A stretch of 64,000 nucleotides of DNA from an uncultured Flavobacteriaceae bacterium (GCA_963812405.1 CAWEUV010000001.1:147940-211939), one strand, 5' to 3'. Shown: positions 9,546 through 19,236, counted from the first letter of the stretch. Made by a program: numbers and translations. The notes: generated from the letters alone by a model not told the origin.

Positions 9546-9998
9546 ATGACAACATTAAAAAAAGGCGATAAAGCGCCAAATTTTTCAGGAGTGGATCAGG
9601 ATGGGAAATCACATTCTTTAGCAGATTACGTTGGTAAAAAGTTAGTTGTATTTTTTTATCCGAAAGCCAATACGCCGGGATGTACCGCAGAAGCCTGTGA
9701 TTTAAGAGATAATTTTGAACGCTTTCAGGCGAACAATTATGCTTTGTTGGGCGTTAGTGCCGACAGTCAGAAAGCGCAAGGAAAGTTTAAGGACAAATTT
9801 TCGTTTCCGTTTCCACTTTTAGCTGATGAAGACAAAAAAGTAATCGAAGCGTTTGGCGTTTGGGGACCGAAGAAATTTATGGGAAGGGAATACGATGGCA
9901 TTCACAGAACCACTTTTGTAATAGACGAAAAAGGAATTATCGAAGAGGTAATTTCCGATGTCAAAACCAAAGCACATGCGGCTCAGATATTGGGTTAG
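9546..9998 (+). CDS. bcp: Thioredoxin-dependent thiol peroxidase (BCP/PrxQ)
   Basis: FFYPKANTPGCTAEAC motif; ATG at 9546. Confidence 0.93.
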   Translation: MTTLKKGDKAPNFSGVDQDGKSHSLADYVGKKLVVFFYPKANTPGCTAEACDLRDNFERFQANNYALLGVSADSQKAQGKFKDKFSFPFPLLADEDKKVIEAFGVWGPKKFMGREYDGIHRTTFVIDEKGIIEEVISDVKTKAHAAQILG

Positions 9999-10030
9999 TA
10001 CTCAATATTTTTGTAATAAATGTTAGAGAT

Positions 10031-10073
10031 AAAAAAAGAGTTAGACTGAATGTATTTCATCTAACTCTTTTTT
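10031..10073. terminator. Bidirectional intrinsic terminator
   Basis: AAAAAAAGAGTTAGA...TCTAACTCTTTTTT. Confidence 0.75.
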
Positions 10074-10113
10074 ATTTTTTATAATGTACAAACTGCGTTC
10101 TGCAATCTACTAA

Positions 10114-11586
10114 CTATTTTGGTTGTTCTTCCAGTAATTTTTTTTCGTCGTAACCGAAAAGATGATTTTTCTTGATGAGTTCGGCAATACCTTCCGGAAG
10201 CATTTCTTCCCATCCTTTTTTACCTTTACTAATCATTTTCAATACTTCACGGGAGAAAATTTTAAGGTGGTCTTTATCGAAATCGGTAATGTCCATTACT
10301 TTTCCGTTGTAGGCGAAGAATTTGTACAATTCTTTCATACGCGGGTGCACCTTAAGGTTTTGTGAGTTGATAATTTCTCCGTTTTCGTCTTCCATTGGAT
10401 ACAGGAACACTTTTAAATCACGATAGAATAATTTACCGAACGCTTCCAGGATTCCTCCGCTCAAATGACGGTAGTATTTCTCGTCGAAAATATCAATTAA
10501 GTTACTCACACCCATGGCTAATCCCATGCGGGCTTTTGTGTATTCGGAGAAATATTCCACTACTTTGTAGTATTCCTGGAAGTTTGAAATCATCACGGTT
10601 TGCCCTAAGGAACAAAGCAATTCGGCTCTGTCCATGAAGTCTAATTCGTCGATTTCGCCTTCGGAACGTAAGTTGGAAAGTGTAATCTCAAAAACCACTA
10701 AGGCGTTTTCTTTTTCCACTTTCTTTTCCTGAAGGAACATTTCCAGTGATTTCTCATACATATCCATGTTCACTTTGGTTACCGGGCGGAAACTTCCGCG
10801 CAAAGCCAAAATGTTTTTCTTGTATAAAATCGCAGCCGGTAATACGTTTTTTCCATCGGGGCCAAACATAACCGCATCGGTCATTCCGTTTTTAACCAAT
10901 TGTAAACTCATCAATCGGTTGTCTACATCCTTAAAACGTGGACCGGAGAAGTTAATGGTGTCAATTTCCAATTGGTCTTTGTCCAAATGGTCGTATAAGT
11001 AGCGTAATAATTTTTTAGGATCGTTGTATTTGTAAAACGCTCCGTAAATCAGGTTAACCCCTAAAATTCCTAATGTTTCTTGTTGTAATTTGGAGTCGTT
11101 TTCTTTGAAACGGATGTGTAAAATAATCTCATTGTAGTCTTCACCGGGCTCTACCTGAAAATTGATTCCTACCCAGCCATGACCTTTAAATTGTTTGGCA
11201 AAGTCAATAGTAGCCACGGTATTGGCATAACTGAAAAAGATTTTGTCCGGATGTTTTTCGCGATCCAAACGCTCTTCAATCAATCGGGTTTCATGGGTAA
11301 GCATTTTTCTAAGACGACTTTCCGTAACATAACGACCGTCATCTTCAACACCATAAATAGCATCACTGAAGTCTTTGTCGTATGCTGACATTGCTTTTGC
11401 AATGGTTCCCGAAGAACCTCCGGTACGGAAAAAGTGTCTTACGGTTTCCTGTCCGGCGCCAATTTCAGCAAAAGTTCCGTAGATATTTTTGTTAAGGTTT
11501 ATTCGTAGTGCCTTATCTGCTATAGCGGGTATAACTTCAATCTCGCGATCTCCTTTTAATTTGATTTCGCTTCCTATATTCTTCAT
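10114..11586 (-). CDS. Conserved Bacteroidota protein: CinA/PncC-like N-domain plus HIGH-superfamily nucleotidyltransferase-like C-domain
   Basis: YGTFAEIGAGQE...GGSSGTIAKAMSAY (PncC-like); LRGSFRPVTKVN, VFEITLSN and LAMGVSNLIDIFDEKYY (NMNAT-like). A TAACTTTG box at 11604-11611 supports the ATG at 11586. Confidence 0.65.
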   Translation of the reverse strand: MKNIGSEIKLKGDREIEVIPAIADKALRINLNKNIYGTFAEIGAGQETVRHFFRTGGSSGTIAKAMSAYDKDFSDAIYGVEDDGRYVTESRLRKMLTHETRLIEERLDREKHPDKIFFSYANTVATIDFAKQFKGHGWVGINFQVEPGEDYNEIILHIRFKENDSKLQQETLGILGVNLIYGAFYKYNDPKKLLRYLYDHLDKDQLEIDTINFSGPRFKDVDNRLMSLQLVKNGMTDAVMFGPDGKNVLPAAILYKKNILALRGSFRPVTKVNMDMYEKSLEMFLQEKKVEKENALVVFEITLSNLRSEGEIDELDFMDRAELLCSLGQTVMISNFQEYYKVVEYFSEYTKARMGLAMGVSNLIDIFDEKYYRHLSGGILEAFGKLFYRDLKVFLYPMEDENGEIINSQNLKVHPRMKELYKFFAYNGKVMDITDFDKDHLKIFSREVLKMISKGKKGWEEMLPEGIAELIKKNHLFGYDEKKLLEEQPK

Positions 11587-11671
11587 AATTCCGTTTATAT
11601 TGACAAAGTTAACAAAATAGCTATTTTTACAAAAGATAAATAATCCTATTTTTGTAAAAAACAATACGATT

Positions 11672-12436
11672 TTGAAAGTATATTTTTTAGGAACCGGAAC
11701 TTCACAGGGAATTCCTGTAATTGGAAGCCATCATTCGGTGTGTTTGAGTAATGATTTTAAAGACAAACGTTTGCGGGTTTCCATCTGGATTCACTGGGAC
11801 GAGCACTCTTTCGTGGTGGATTGCGGTCCCGATTTCCGTCAGCAAATGTTGGCCGCCAATTGCCATGATTTGGACGGAATTCTGTTTACACACGAACATG
11901 CTGATCATACGGCCGGTTTGGACGATATTCGTCCGTATAATTTCAGAAAGGGGCCTTTACCGATTTTTGCACACGAACGGGTACTTAGAAGTCTGAAAAG
12001 ACGTTTTGATTATATTTTTGAAACCGAAAACCGATATCCGGGCGCACCTTCGGTTGAAGTCAATGAAATTGAGAATAATAAACCTTTCACAATTGGAAAT
12101 AAAACTGCTATCCCGATATCCGTTTGGCACGGCGATTTGCAGGTTTTCGGATTCAGAATCGACGATTTTGCCTATCTCACGGATGTGAAAACGATTGATG
12201 AGTCGGAAATCGAGAAATTAAAAGGGGTTAAGGTCTTGGTAGTCAATGCGCTTAGGGAAGAACCGCATGCAACGCATTTTAATTTGCAGGAAGCGTTGGA
12301 TTTTATAGCTTTGGTACAGCCGGAAAGCGCTTATTTAACACATATCAGTCACCTTTTGGGATTCCATGAAGAAGTGGCTAAAAAATTGCCAAAGAATGTA
12401 TTTTTGGCTTACGATAACCTAGAAATTACAGTTTAA
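11672..12436 (+). CDS. MBL-fold metallo-hydrolase (PhnP/YycJ-like phosphodiesterase)
   Basis: FLGTGTSQG, VDCGPDFRQQ, FTHEHADHTAGLDD, THISH. TTG start. Confidence 0.9.
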   Translation: MKVYFLGTGTSQGIPVIGSHHSVCLSNDFKDKRLRVSIWIHWDEHSFVVDCGPDFRQQMLAANCHDLDGILFTHEHADHTAGLDDIRPYNFRKGPLPIFAHERVLRSLKRRFDYIFETENRYPGAPSVEVNEIENNKPFTIGNKTAIPISVWHGDLQVFGFRIDDFAYLTDVKTIDESEIEKLKGVKVLVVNALREEPHATHFNLQEALDFIALVQPESAYLTHISHLLGFHEEVAKKLPKNVFLAYDNLEITV

Positions 12437-12438
12437 AA

Positions 12439-12942
12439 ATGAAAAAAGCAGTATTATATTTATTTATTCTGTCCTTATTGTTTAACGTGTTTCAGTACAT
12501 GAATTCTACAAAAATCCTGAAAACACAAAGCAAAGAAATCGAGAATGCCAAAGCGAAAATCAAAATGGTAAGAGATTCTTCGAATATTGTTTACAATCAG
12601 ATGTTGGATGCAAATTATTTCTCTTTGGAAATGAACGATGAATCGATGGATTATTTTGAGAATTACAGCATTCCGGAATTAACAGAGAAAATTAAAAACG
12701 AATTATTGGCGTTAAATGATAATCCGAAAGGAAATCCACTGGTCCCTTATGACGCGATTGACGGAAACAAATTCATTATCAATAAAATAAAAATAATCAA
12801 TCACCGTTGGATTATTGCCGATATTTATTCCGGAACGCTTAGAGGTGAAATTCTGATTAAGTATTTTGTCAACGAAAATAAGCCTACGGATTTTGAAACC
12901 ATAGAAACGATTTTATTTCCCAAAGTGAAAAATGTACAATAA
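12439..12942 (+). CDS. Hypothetical membrane-anchored protein
   Basis: N-terminal TM/signal, short coiled region, conserved-looking KIINHRWIIAD; 2 nt after the MBL gene. Confidence 0.75.
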   Translation: MKKAVLYLFILSLLFNVFQYMNSTKILKTQSKEIENAKAKIKMVRDSSNIVYNQMLDANYFSLEMNDESMDYFENYSIPELTEKIKNELLALNDNPKGNPLVPYDAIDGNKFIINKIKIINHRWIIADIYSGTLRGEILIKYFVNENKPTDFETIETILFPKVKNVQ

Positions 12943-12993
12943 AATTGTAGTAATTTAGTTTTTATTATCCGACTTAACGATAACCACCACCAC

Positions 12994-13497
12994 ATGAAAA
13001 CAATTTTACATAGCATTCTGGCAGTTTTGTTGCTGACATCCTGTGATTTCATCTTTAAGGATCATTCGAAGGATGATGCTGTTGTTTTGGATCAAAAACC
13101 TGTAGTGTTAGGTAATGATAAAGACGATAAAGGATGTGTTGCTTCGGCAGGATATATGTGGTCAGAAACCCGTAAAGGTTGTATCCGTGTTTTTGAAGAA
13201 GGATTCCGATTGACACCTTATAAAAGTCAGGCCGATTCCATAGATGTTGACGGTGAGCAGGCTACTCTTAATGCTTATGTTGTGTTCAGTGAGGATAAAG
13301 CGGTAGCCGAATTATTCTTGCCGAGTGCCAAAAAATCCATGTTGCTGAAAAGAGAAAGTGAAGGAAAGCCTTATATACAAGCCGATTGGATGCTGGAAGC
13401 ATGGAAAGGTTATGTGCTGAAAAAAGGAAATAAGATTGAATATGTTTCAGCAGTTGCTGTAGAAAAGAAAATAACCGGCAGTGATGTTGGGGAATAA
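12994..13497 (+). CDS. Hypothetical lipoprotein
   Basis: Lipobox LLTS-C; GNDKDDKGCVASAGYMWS...GCIR two-Cys motif. Confidence 0.75.
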   Translation: MKTILHSILAVLLLTSCDFIFKDHSKDDAVVLDQKPVVLGNDKDDKGCVASAGYMWSETRKGCIRVFEEGFRLTPYKSQADSIDVDGEQATLNAYVVFSEDKAVAELFLPSAKKSMLLKRESEGKPYIQADWMLEAWKGYVLKKGNKIEYVSAVAVEKKITGSDVGE

Positions 13498-13523
13498 AAA
13501 AAGCTCCAAGTGGAGCTTTTTTT
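13496..13523. terminator. Bidirectional intrinsic terminator
   Basis: AAAAAAAGCTCCA-AG-TGGAGCTTTTTTT. Confidence 0.8.
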
Positions 13524-14172
13524 ATTTGCTGTTTTCAAGCCAATTCTTAAAATCATAAAAATTCTGCGGTGCCACGCCGTGACCGACCGGATATTCTTTA
13601 TAAACCACATCCAACCCTAAACTCTTAAAAAATTCAGGAGCTTTTCGGGCCCAATCCACCGGAATCACCTGATCGACCGTTCCGTGTGAAATGAAGAATT
13701 TCAGTTTGCTGATGTCGTTGTTTTTATAATCTTCTTTTACGATATCCAAATTCAGATAACCACTTAAAGCCACTACACGCTGTACTTTTTCGGGATACGA
13801 AAGCGCTACCGAATAACTCAGAATCGAACCCTGACTGAAACCAATCAGTGTTACGTTATCGGCATCAATCGGATAGGCAGCCACCAATTCATCAATGAAA
13901 TTTGCAATCAAATCGCGGGAAGCCCTAGCTTCGTCATTATCGGAGAATTTGTTTTCATCGGCATCAAAATGAATCGCATACCAAGCGTTTCCATATGGTG
14001 GAAGCGGGTAGGGTGCACGGGCTGAAATCACAAAGTATTCGTCCGGTAATTCCTGTGCGAAGGAAAATAAATCTTCTTCGTTACTGCCGTAACCGTGCAA
14101 TAACAATAGTAATGGATTTTTTTCTTTTTTTACTTTCGGTTCTCTAACGAGATGGTATAAAGATAAATTCAT
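13522..14172 (-). CDS. Phospholipase/carboxylesterase (alpha/beta hydrolase)
   Basis: LLHGYGSNE, nucleophile GFSQG, HGTVD, GHG. Confidence 0.9.
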   Translation of the reverse strand: MNLSLYHLVREPKVKKEKNPLLLLLHGYGSNEEDLFSFAQELPDEYFVISARAPYPLPPYGNAWYAIHFDADENKFSDNDEARASRDLIANFIDELVAAYPIDADNVTLIGFSQGSILSYSVALSYPEKVQRVVALSGYLNLDIVKEDYKNNDISKLKFFISHGTVDQVIPVDWARKAPEFFKSLGLDVVYKEYPVGHGVAPQNFYDFKNWLENSK

Positions 14173-14173
14173 G

Positions 14174-14503
14174 TTAGGCTAAATTTTTAAACCATTTCTG
14201 GAAATGTTCTCCCAATAGCGGAATCACTTTCATTTCGCCCTGAACGGCTCCGAGAAATCCGTAAATCCAAAGCACAAAAATGAACACATAGAAAGCCGAT
14301 GAAACCATCCAACTGTCGAAATAACCAATAAAATAGGCTAAAATGTAAAACGTTATGTTAATTCCGAAAGCCTGACGAATATGAAAACCCGCAAACGGAT
14401 TTTTAGGTTCCAGATTCATGAAAATCGCAATAATACTTCCTAAAATGGTAAAGTAACTTATAATCGCGGTCGTTTTTCCTTCTTGTACTGAATTGTTTTC
14501 CAT
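14174..14503 (-). CDS. Small three-TM membrane protein (DUF4870-like)
   Basis: AIISYFTILG...FHIRQAFG...GEMKVIPLLGEHFQKWF pattern. Confidence 0.7.
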   Translation of the reverse strand: MENNSVQEGKTTAIISYFTILGSIIAIFMNLEPKNPFAGFHIRQAFGINITFYILAYFIGYFDSWMVSSAFYVFIFVLWIYGFLGAVQGEMKVIPLLGEHFQKWFKNLA

Positions 14504-14512
14504 GACGAGTAA

Positions 14513-15766
14513 TTAGTTTAAAATCAATTGTCGGTTATTGTAAATGCCGTAAGCACGTCCTTTCATCGGTTGTCCTAAAAAAGCGGAGTTTTTCGATTTG
14601 GAAAGGATATTTTCTTTGCTGAATTCCCAGTTTCCTTCTGTTGTAAATAACGTTAATGAAGCGATAGTACCTTCTTTAATCGGTTGTTTTTCGATTCCGA
14701 AAACGTTCTTTCCGTAAACGAATTTTTCAATGATAATTTCCGTCGGCAAAACTGTCTGCAAGGCACCAAAAGCACTTTCCAATCCGATGGTTCCGTTTTT
14801 GGCATTGTCGAACTCCATCTTCTTATGTTCAATATCCAACGGATTATGATCGGACGTAATAAAATCAATTGTTCCTTTCAAAACGCCTTCAATCAACGCT
14901 TTTCTGTGATTTTCATCGCGTAATGGTGGCGTTACTTTGTATCTTGTGTCAAATCCGGTTAAAACATCATCAGTTAAAACCAAATTATGAACCGCAACAC
15001 TGCAGGTTACATTCAGCCCTTTGGCTTTAGCTTCTTGTATTAATTGTACTGATTTTGCTGTAGATATCGTCGGAATGTGCATTTTTCCACCAGTATATTC
15101 CAGTAAAAACAGGTTTCGTGTTACTTCTAATTCTTCTGCAAGTGGCGGAATGCCTTTTAACCCTAATTTTGTACTCACAATACCTTCATGGACCACGCCG
15201 TTTCCTTTGATGGTTTTGTCCTGACAATAGGCGATTACCAATCCGTCAAAATCCTGAACATACTGTAACCCGATTTTCAACAGATTCGCATTGTCAGAAC
15301 TTTTATTATAATCGCCAAAAGCAATCGCACCGGCGTTTTTCATGTCGAACATTTCGGCTAAATCGTTGCCTTCACTGTTTTTGGTAAATGCACCAATCGG
15401 GTGTAATTGTGTAGCAAAACCATTCGCTTTATTCAAAACAAAACTTACTTGCGACTGGTTATCAATCACCGGAAGTGAATTCGGTTGTAGCGCCACATTG
15501 GTAAAACCGCTTTTTGCCGCTGTGGTCAATCCGTTTGCAATGGTTTCGCGGTCTTCAAATCCGGGTTCACCAAAGGAAACCGAAGCGTCAAACCAACCTT
15601 GCGAAACGTGAAGGTTATCCAGTTCAACAACCTGAAGATTTTCGTCATTGGTAAGGTTTTGACCAATTTTTGTTATGATGCCATCGATAATTTTAATGTC
15701 GGCTTTCTGGTTGTGAAATGCACTTTCTTTATCGATAATAGTTGTGTTTTTTAAAATTACGTTCAT
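14513..15766 (-). CDS. Dihydroorotase-like amidohydrolase, probably inactive (PyrC'-type)
   Basis: Type I DHOase scaffold (EPG.EDRETI, PPLRDE, TSDHNP, GTIGLES), but DASVS replaces the DxHxH metal motif. Confidence 0.8.
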   Translation of the reverse strand: MNVILKNTTIIDKESAFHNQKADIKIIDGIITKIGQNLTNDENLQVVELDNLHVSQGWFDASVSFGEPGFEDRETIANGLTTAAKSGFTNVALQPNSLPVIDNQSQVSFVLNKANGFATQLHPIGAFTKNSEGNDLAEMFDMKNAGAIAFGDYNKSSDNANLLKIGLQYVQDFDGLVIAYCQDKTIKGNGVVHEGIVSTKLGLKGIPPLAEELEVTRNLFLLEYTGGKMHIPTISTAKSVQLIQEAKAKGLNVTCSVAVHNLVLTDDVLTGFDTRYKVTPPLRDENHRKALIEGVLKGTIDFITSDHNPLDIEHKKMEFDNAKNGTIGLESAFGALQTVLPTEIIIEKFVYGKNVFGIEKQPIKEGTIASLTLFTTEGNWEFSKENILSKSKNSAFLGQPMKGRAYGIYNNRQLILN

Positions 15767-17691
15767 TTTACGAATTTTTGGATCAGTAGTTCGAGTAATA
15801 AAAATAGTAGTGTTGCAATTATAAAATATTTCCAGACTTCGTTGCCGGTTCGTGTCGAATGAATATCGTTAAAAACCGCTTCCACCGAAGTTACGGAAGT
15901 AAAATTATCAAATAGATTGTCGTTTATCAGGCTCAAATCGCTTTCGGTTCGGGCGTGATTGAAACTGATGTTTTTCAAAACTTCTTTGTTCTTCATCACC
16001 GAAAAATTACCCGATTGTTCCGGATAATCGCCAAAGGTCAATTTAATTTTGTTGTTCAGAATTTGTTGCATCGGAATGAAATCGGAAGTTTTGTTGGCAA
16101 TGGTAACCACTTCATCTTTAGATAATAAAACATCTAAAACCAGATTTTGGTTTTCTCCGATGGTATAGGCTGAAATTCCGGTTTTCTGATTGTTCTGTGC
16201 CATGTTATAAAACGTCGGAACAATCAAAGGCGAATTCTGGAAGTTGCTGTTGGTTTTGTTTATCGGCGCCGAAAAAACATATAAATGTCCAATTTTGTTG
16301 GTTGTTGAACCTAAGAAAACGGATTGGTCGGAAAAACTTAAAATCGGAGCACTGTTGCCACTCATCGCAAAAGCCGCATTGACTTTCGGATACTGGAAAT
16401 TGTCGGTTTTCTTTTCAAAAACGGTTTGGTACAATGGGTGACTGAACGCGATTTTGGTAATCTGTTTTTCCTGATTTTGAAGGGAACCGAATTTGATTCC
16501 GCTAAAATTAGTTAAAAAAGTATTCAGATTTTGCGCCGAACTTTCCGCGGAAGGAATCAGTACCACATTACCGCCTTTTTCATAAAATGCTTTCAAAGTA
16601 GTCATTAACGCTTGCGGAATGTCTTTTATTTCGTTTAAAACGATGGCGTCCTGTTTGTCAATCGCATTATAATCGACCGCATTTAATTCGGAACTCGTGT
16701 AATTGAATTCGTCCGAAGTATAAATTCGGGATAAGAATTCGTTTTTCTGGCTTTCACCGATGACAATTACATTCGACTTTTCCGGTTTGGAAATACTGAA
16801 ATAATAGGTGTTGTCGTACGTCAGACTTTTATCTTCAATGGAAACATAGCCGTGAAAATCTTTTTTCGGTAAATTAAACTGAACCGATTTTTTGTTATTT
16901 TCCAGTTTTACCACTGTTTTGGCAATCAGGTTTTTTCCGTTGTAAACCGACATTGAAATATCGCTTTCAATGGCTCCAAAAGCGCTCACGTCGACTTTAA
17001 TTTCATAAAACGTTTCCGATTGTCCGCTGATGGAAACTGCATCAATGCTGACATTGTTTTGGTTTTCGGCTTTCGGAATCCAATAATAAACCGGCGAATT
17101 TTCGTTTAGTTTTTCAAGACTTTTCGATTGTGCATTAACCGCATCGGTAATAATGAAAATGTCTTTCGGAGTATTGTGTTTTTTGGTTTCGATTTTGGTC
17201 AGCAGAAAATCCAACTGAAACGGTGTAGCGCTGTATTGTAGGTTTTGCAGGTCTTTCTGAATCGATTTGATATCGGTATCCCAAAACGTTTCGGTATTGG
17301 TTATTAAGGAGAAACGTTGGTTTTCCGGAGTGTTTTCCAATAATTCCTGTACCGCACGTTTCAATAATTCGCCACGACTGCCTTTGGCTTGCATCGAAAA
17401 GGAATTGTCCAAAATAATAACCATTTCGTTTCCGCTGTTCTGACTGTCTTTGGCCTTAAAAAAGGGTTGCGCAAAAGCAATAATCAGACAGGCTAATAAA
17501 AGCAATCGGGTAGCTAACAGTAACCATTTTTTGATTTTGGAACTCTTTCGGGTTTGAATGCTGAGCTCTTTCAGGAAGCGAACATTGGTGAAATATTCGG
17601 TCTTAAAACGTCGTAACTGAAATAAATGCACCAAAATTGGTATCACCAATAAAAAAAGGAAATACAGAATTTCGGGATGTTTGAATTGCAT
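15763..17691 (-). CDS. BatA N-terminal domain / von Willebrand A membrane protein
   Basis: MQFKHPEILYFL...PILVHLFQLRRFK (BatA), MIDAS-like DNSFSM, C-terminal TM WKYFIIATLLFLLLE. Confidence 0.85.
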   Translation of the reverse strand: MQFKHPEILYFLFLLVIPILVHLFQLRRFKTEYFTNVRFLKELSIQTRKSSKIKKWLLLATRLLLLACLIIAFAQPFFKAKDSQNSGNEMVIILDNSFSMQAKGSRGELLKRAVQELLENTPENQRFSLITNTETFWDTDIKSIQKDLQNLQYSATPFQLDFLLTKIETKKHNTPKDIFIITDAVNAQSKSLEKLNENSPVYYWIPKAENQNNVSIDAVSISGQSETFYEIKVDVSAFGAIESDISMSVYNGKNLIAKTVVKLENNKKSVQFNLPKKDFHGYVSIEDKSLTYDNTYYFSISKPEKSNVIVIGESQKNEFLSRIYTSDEFNYTSSELNAVDYNAIDKQDAIVLNEIKDIPQALMTTLKAFYEKGGNVVLIPSAESSAQNLNTFLTNFSGIKFGSLQNQEKQITKIAFSHPLYQTVFEKKTDNFQYPKVNAAFAMSGNSAPILSFSDQSVFLGSTTNKIGHLYVFSAPINKTNSNFQNSPLIVPTFYNMAQNNQKTGISAYTIGENQNLVLDVLLSKDEVVTIANKTSDFIPMQQILNNKIKLTFGDYPEQSGNFSVMKNKEVLKNISFNHARTESDLSLINDNLFDNFTSVTSVEAVFNDIHSTRTGNEVWKYFIIATLLFLLLELLIQKFVK

Positions 17692-17723
17692 TTAGTTGTA
17701 AAGATTTTTCAAAGATAACTATT

Positions 17724-17863
17724 TTTAGTGTTCAGTATTCAGTATTCAGTGTTCAGAGTACAGTTTTTTTCTGATTACTGTCAACCTAATCACTGGCTAC
17801 CGTCTACTACTTTTTCTGCAATCTGCAATCTGCAATCTGCCAACTGATTACTGACCACTGCCT
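17724..17863. repeat. Opposed degenerate 7-nt tandem arrays
   Basis: TTTAGTG TTCAGTA TTCAGTA TTCAGTG TTCAGAG TACAGTT (17724-17765) and TCTGCAA x3 TCTGCCA ACTGATT ACTGACC ACTGCCT (17815-17863). Confidence 0.8.
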
Positions 17864-17864
17864 A

Positions 17865-19211
17865 TTACTTCTTCTTTCTCTTCGCAGCACGTTTTCTTTC
17901 GACCTCTCTGTTTCTTGGTGCTGTTTTTCTAGGCTTAGTTTTCCCTGGACCACCAAGATTAACTTGTTTGTTTTTATCTGATTTTTCATGAAATGCCGCA
18001 CCACCTTCAAGCTTGACTTTCTTCATCAGGAATTTGACTTTTTTCTTGTCTTTTTCAAATTCCAAACGTTTTTCTTCAATTTTTATACCTTCGGGTAATG
18101 GTAAGATTTCAAGTTCTTTTTCCATTAAAAGTTCGGCTTCTACCTGGAATTCTTCCTCTGACGGTGCGATTAAACTGATTGCGATACCTTCTTTATCGGC
18201 ACGACCTGTACGACCGATTCGGTGTATGTATTGTTCCGGAGTTTCCGAGAATTGCATGTTGATTACGTGGGTAATATCGGAAATATCCAAACCACGCGCC
18301 ATGATGTCGGTAGTTACGATGCCGCGAATTTCTCCGGCCTGAAAACTAGCCATCGTATTCAAACGGTAATTTTGCGATTTATTGGAATGGATTACGCCGA
18401 ATTGCCCCGGGAAATCTTCTTCCAAAAGATCCATTAAAATATCGGCGACTCTTTTGTTGTTGATGAAAATAAGGATGCGCTCCAAAGCTTCATCTTGCGA
18501 TAATAAATGTTTAAGAACATTCACTTTCGTAAGGAAATTGGGAACGTGATACGCAAATTGCTGTATTTTTTCCAAAGGAGTTCCGGATTGCGCTAAGGAA
18601 ACTTCTTCCGGGAAATCGAAATATTCGTCCAAAAGTTCATCTACTTCATCGGTCATCGTTGCTGAAAATAGGATGTTCTGGCGTTTTGGACGCATCATCG
18701 AAAGGATGGAAGTGATTTGGAATCGGAACCCTAAATTCAGGATTTCATCGAACTCGTCAATAACCAATTTCTGCATTTCGTCGAAACGAACTACGTTGTC
18801 CAATGCCAAGTCCATCATACGACCCGGAGTTCCTACTAATACGTCAACACCTTGATAAACAGATGTTTTTTGGGTATTGATGTTCACTCCACCATACACT
18901 CCTAAAACACGAACCGACATGTATTTGGTCAGTTTTTCGACTTCTTCAGCCACTTGTACCACCAATTCACGAGTGGGAACGATAATTACCACTTTTGGTG
19001 TGTGCGTAGGCGTGAATTTCCATTGTTTTAAGATAGGAAGTAAGTAAGCATACGTTTTACCCGTACCGGTTTGGGCAATTCCCATAACATCGCGTCCCGA
19101 CATGATTACCGGAAATGATTTCACCTGAATGGGTGTAGGCGTGGTTAAGCCCAAATCATCAATGGCTTTTTGTAAGGATTTCGGAAGATTGAATTGCTCA
19201 AAAGTACTCAT
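17865..19211 (-). CDS. DEAD-box RNA helicase
   Basis: Q motif PTPIQ, AQTGTGKT, PTREL, TPGR, DEFD, SAT, ARGLD, HRIGRTGR; basic tail. Confidence 0.93.
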   Translation of the reverse strand: MSTFEQFNLPKSLQKAIDDLGLTTPTPIQVKSFPVIMSGRDVMGIAQTGTGKTYAYLLPILKQWKFTPTHTPKVVIIVPTRELVVQVAEEVEKLTKYMSVRVLGVYGGVNINTQKTSVYQGVDVLVGTPGRMMDLALDNVVRFDEMQKLVIDEFDEILNLGFRFQITSILSMMRPKRQNILFSATMTDEVDELLDEYFDFPEEVSLAQSGTPLEKIQQFAYHVPNFLTKVNVLKHLLSQDEALERILIFINNKRVADILMDLLEEDFPGQFGVIHSNKSQNYRLNTMASFQAGEIRGIVTTDIMARGLDISDITHVINMQFSETPEQYIHRIGRTGRADKEGIAISLIAPSEEEFQVEAELLMEKELEILPLPEGIKIEEKRLEFEKDKKKVKFLMKKVKLEGGAAFHEKSDKNKQVNLGGPGKTKPRKTAPRNREVERKRAAKRKKK

Positions 19212-19228
19212 AAAACGTATATTTTGTG

Positions 19229-19236
19229 CAAAGATA
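19229..19236 (-). promoter_or_regulatory. -7 promoter box (TATCTTTG) of the DEAD-box helicase
   Basis: TATCTTTGCACA upstream of the ATG at 19211. Confidence 0.65.

Noticed and set aside
10114-11664. Reading this protein as a TonB-dependent receptor, and using the ORF-track start at 11664
   Set aside because: No signal peptide, plug or barrel features. A -7 box inside the extension supports the start at 11586.
14513-15766. Assigning the symbol pyrC
   Set aside because: Four His metal ligands are substituted, so activity is doubtful.
17724-17863. Possible CRISPR array
   Set aside because: The units are 7 nt and contiguous with no unique spacers, and there are no cas genes in the window.
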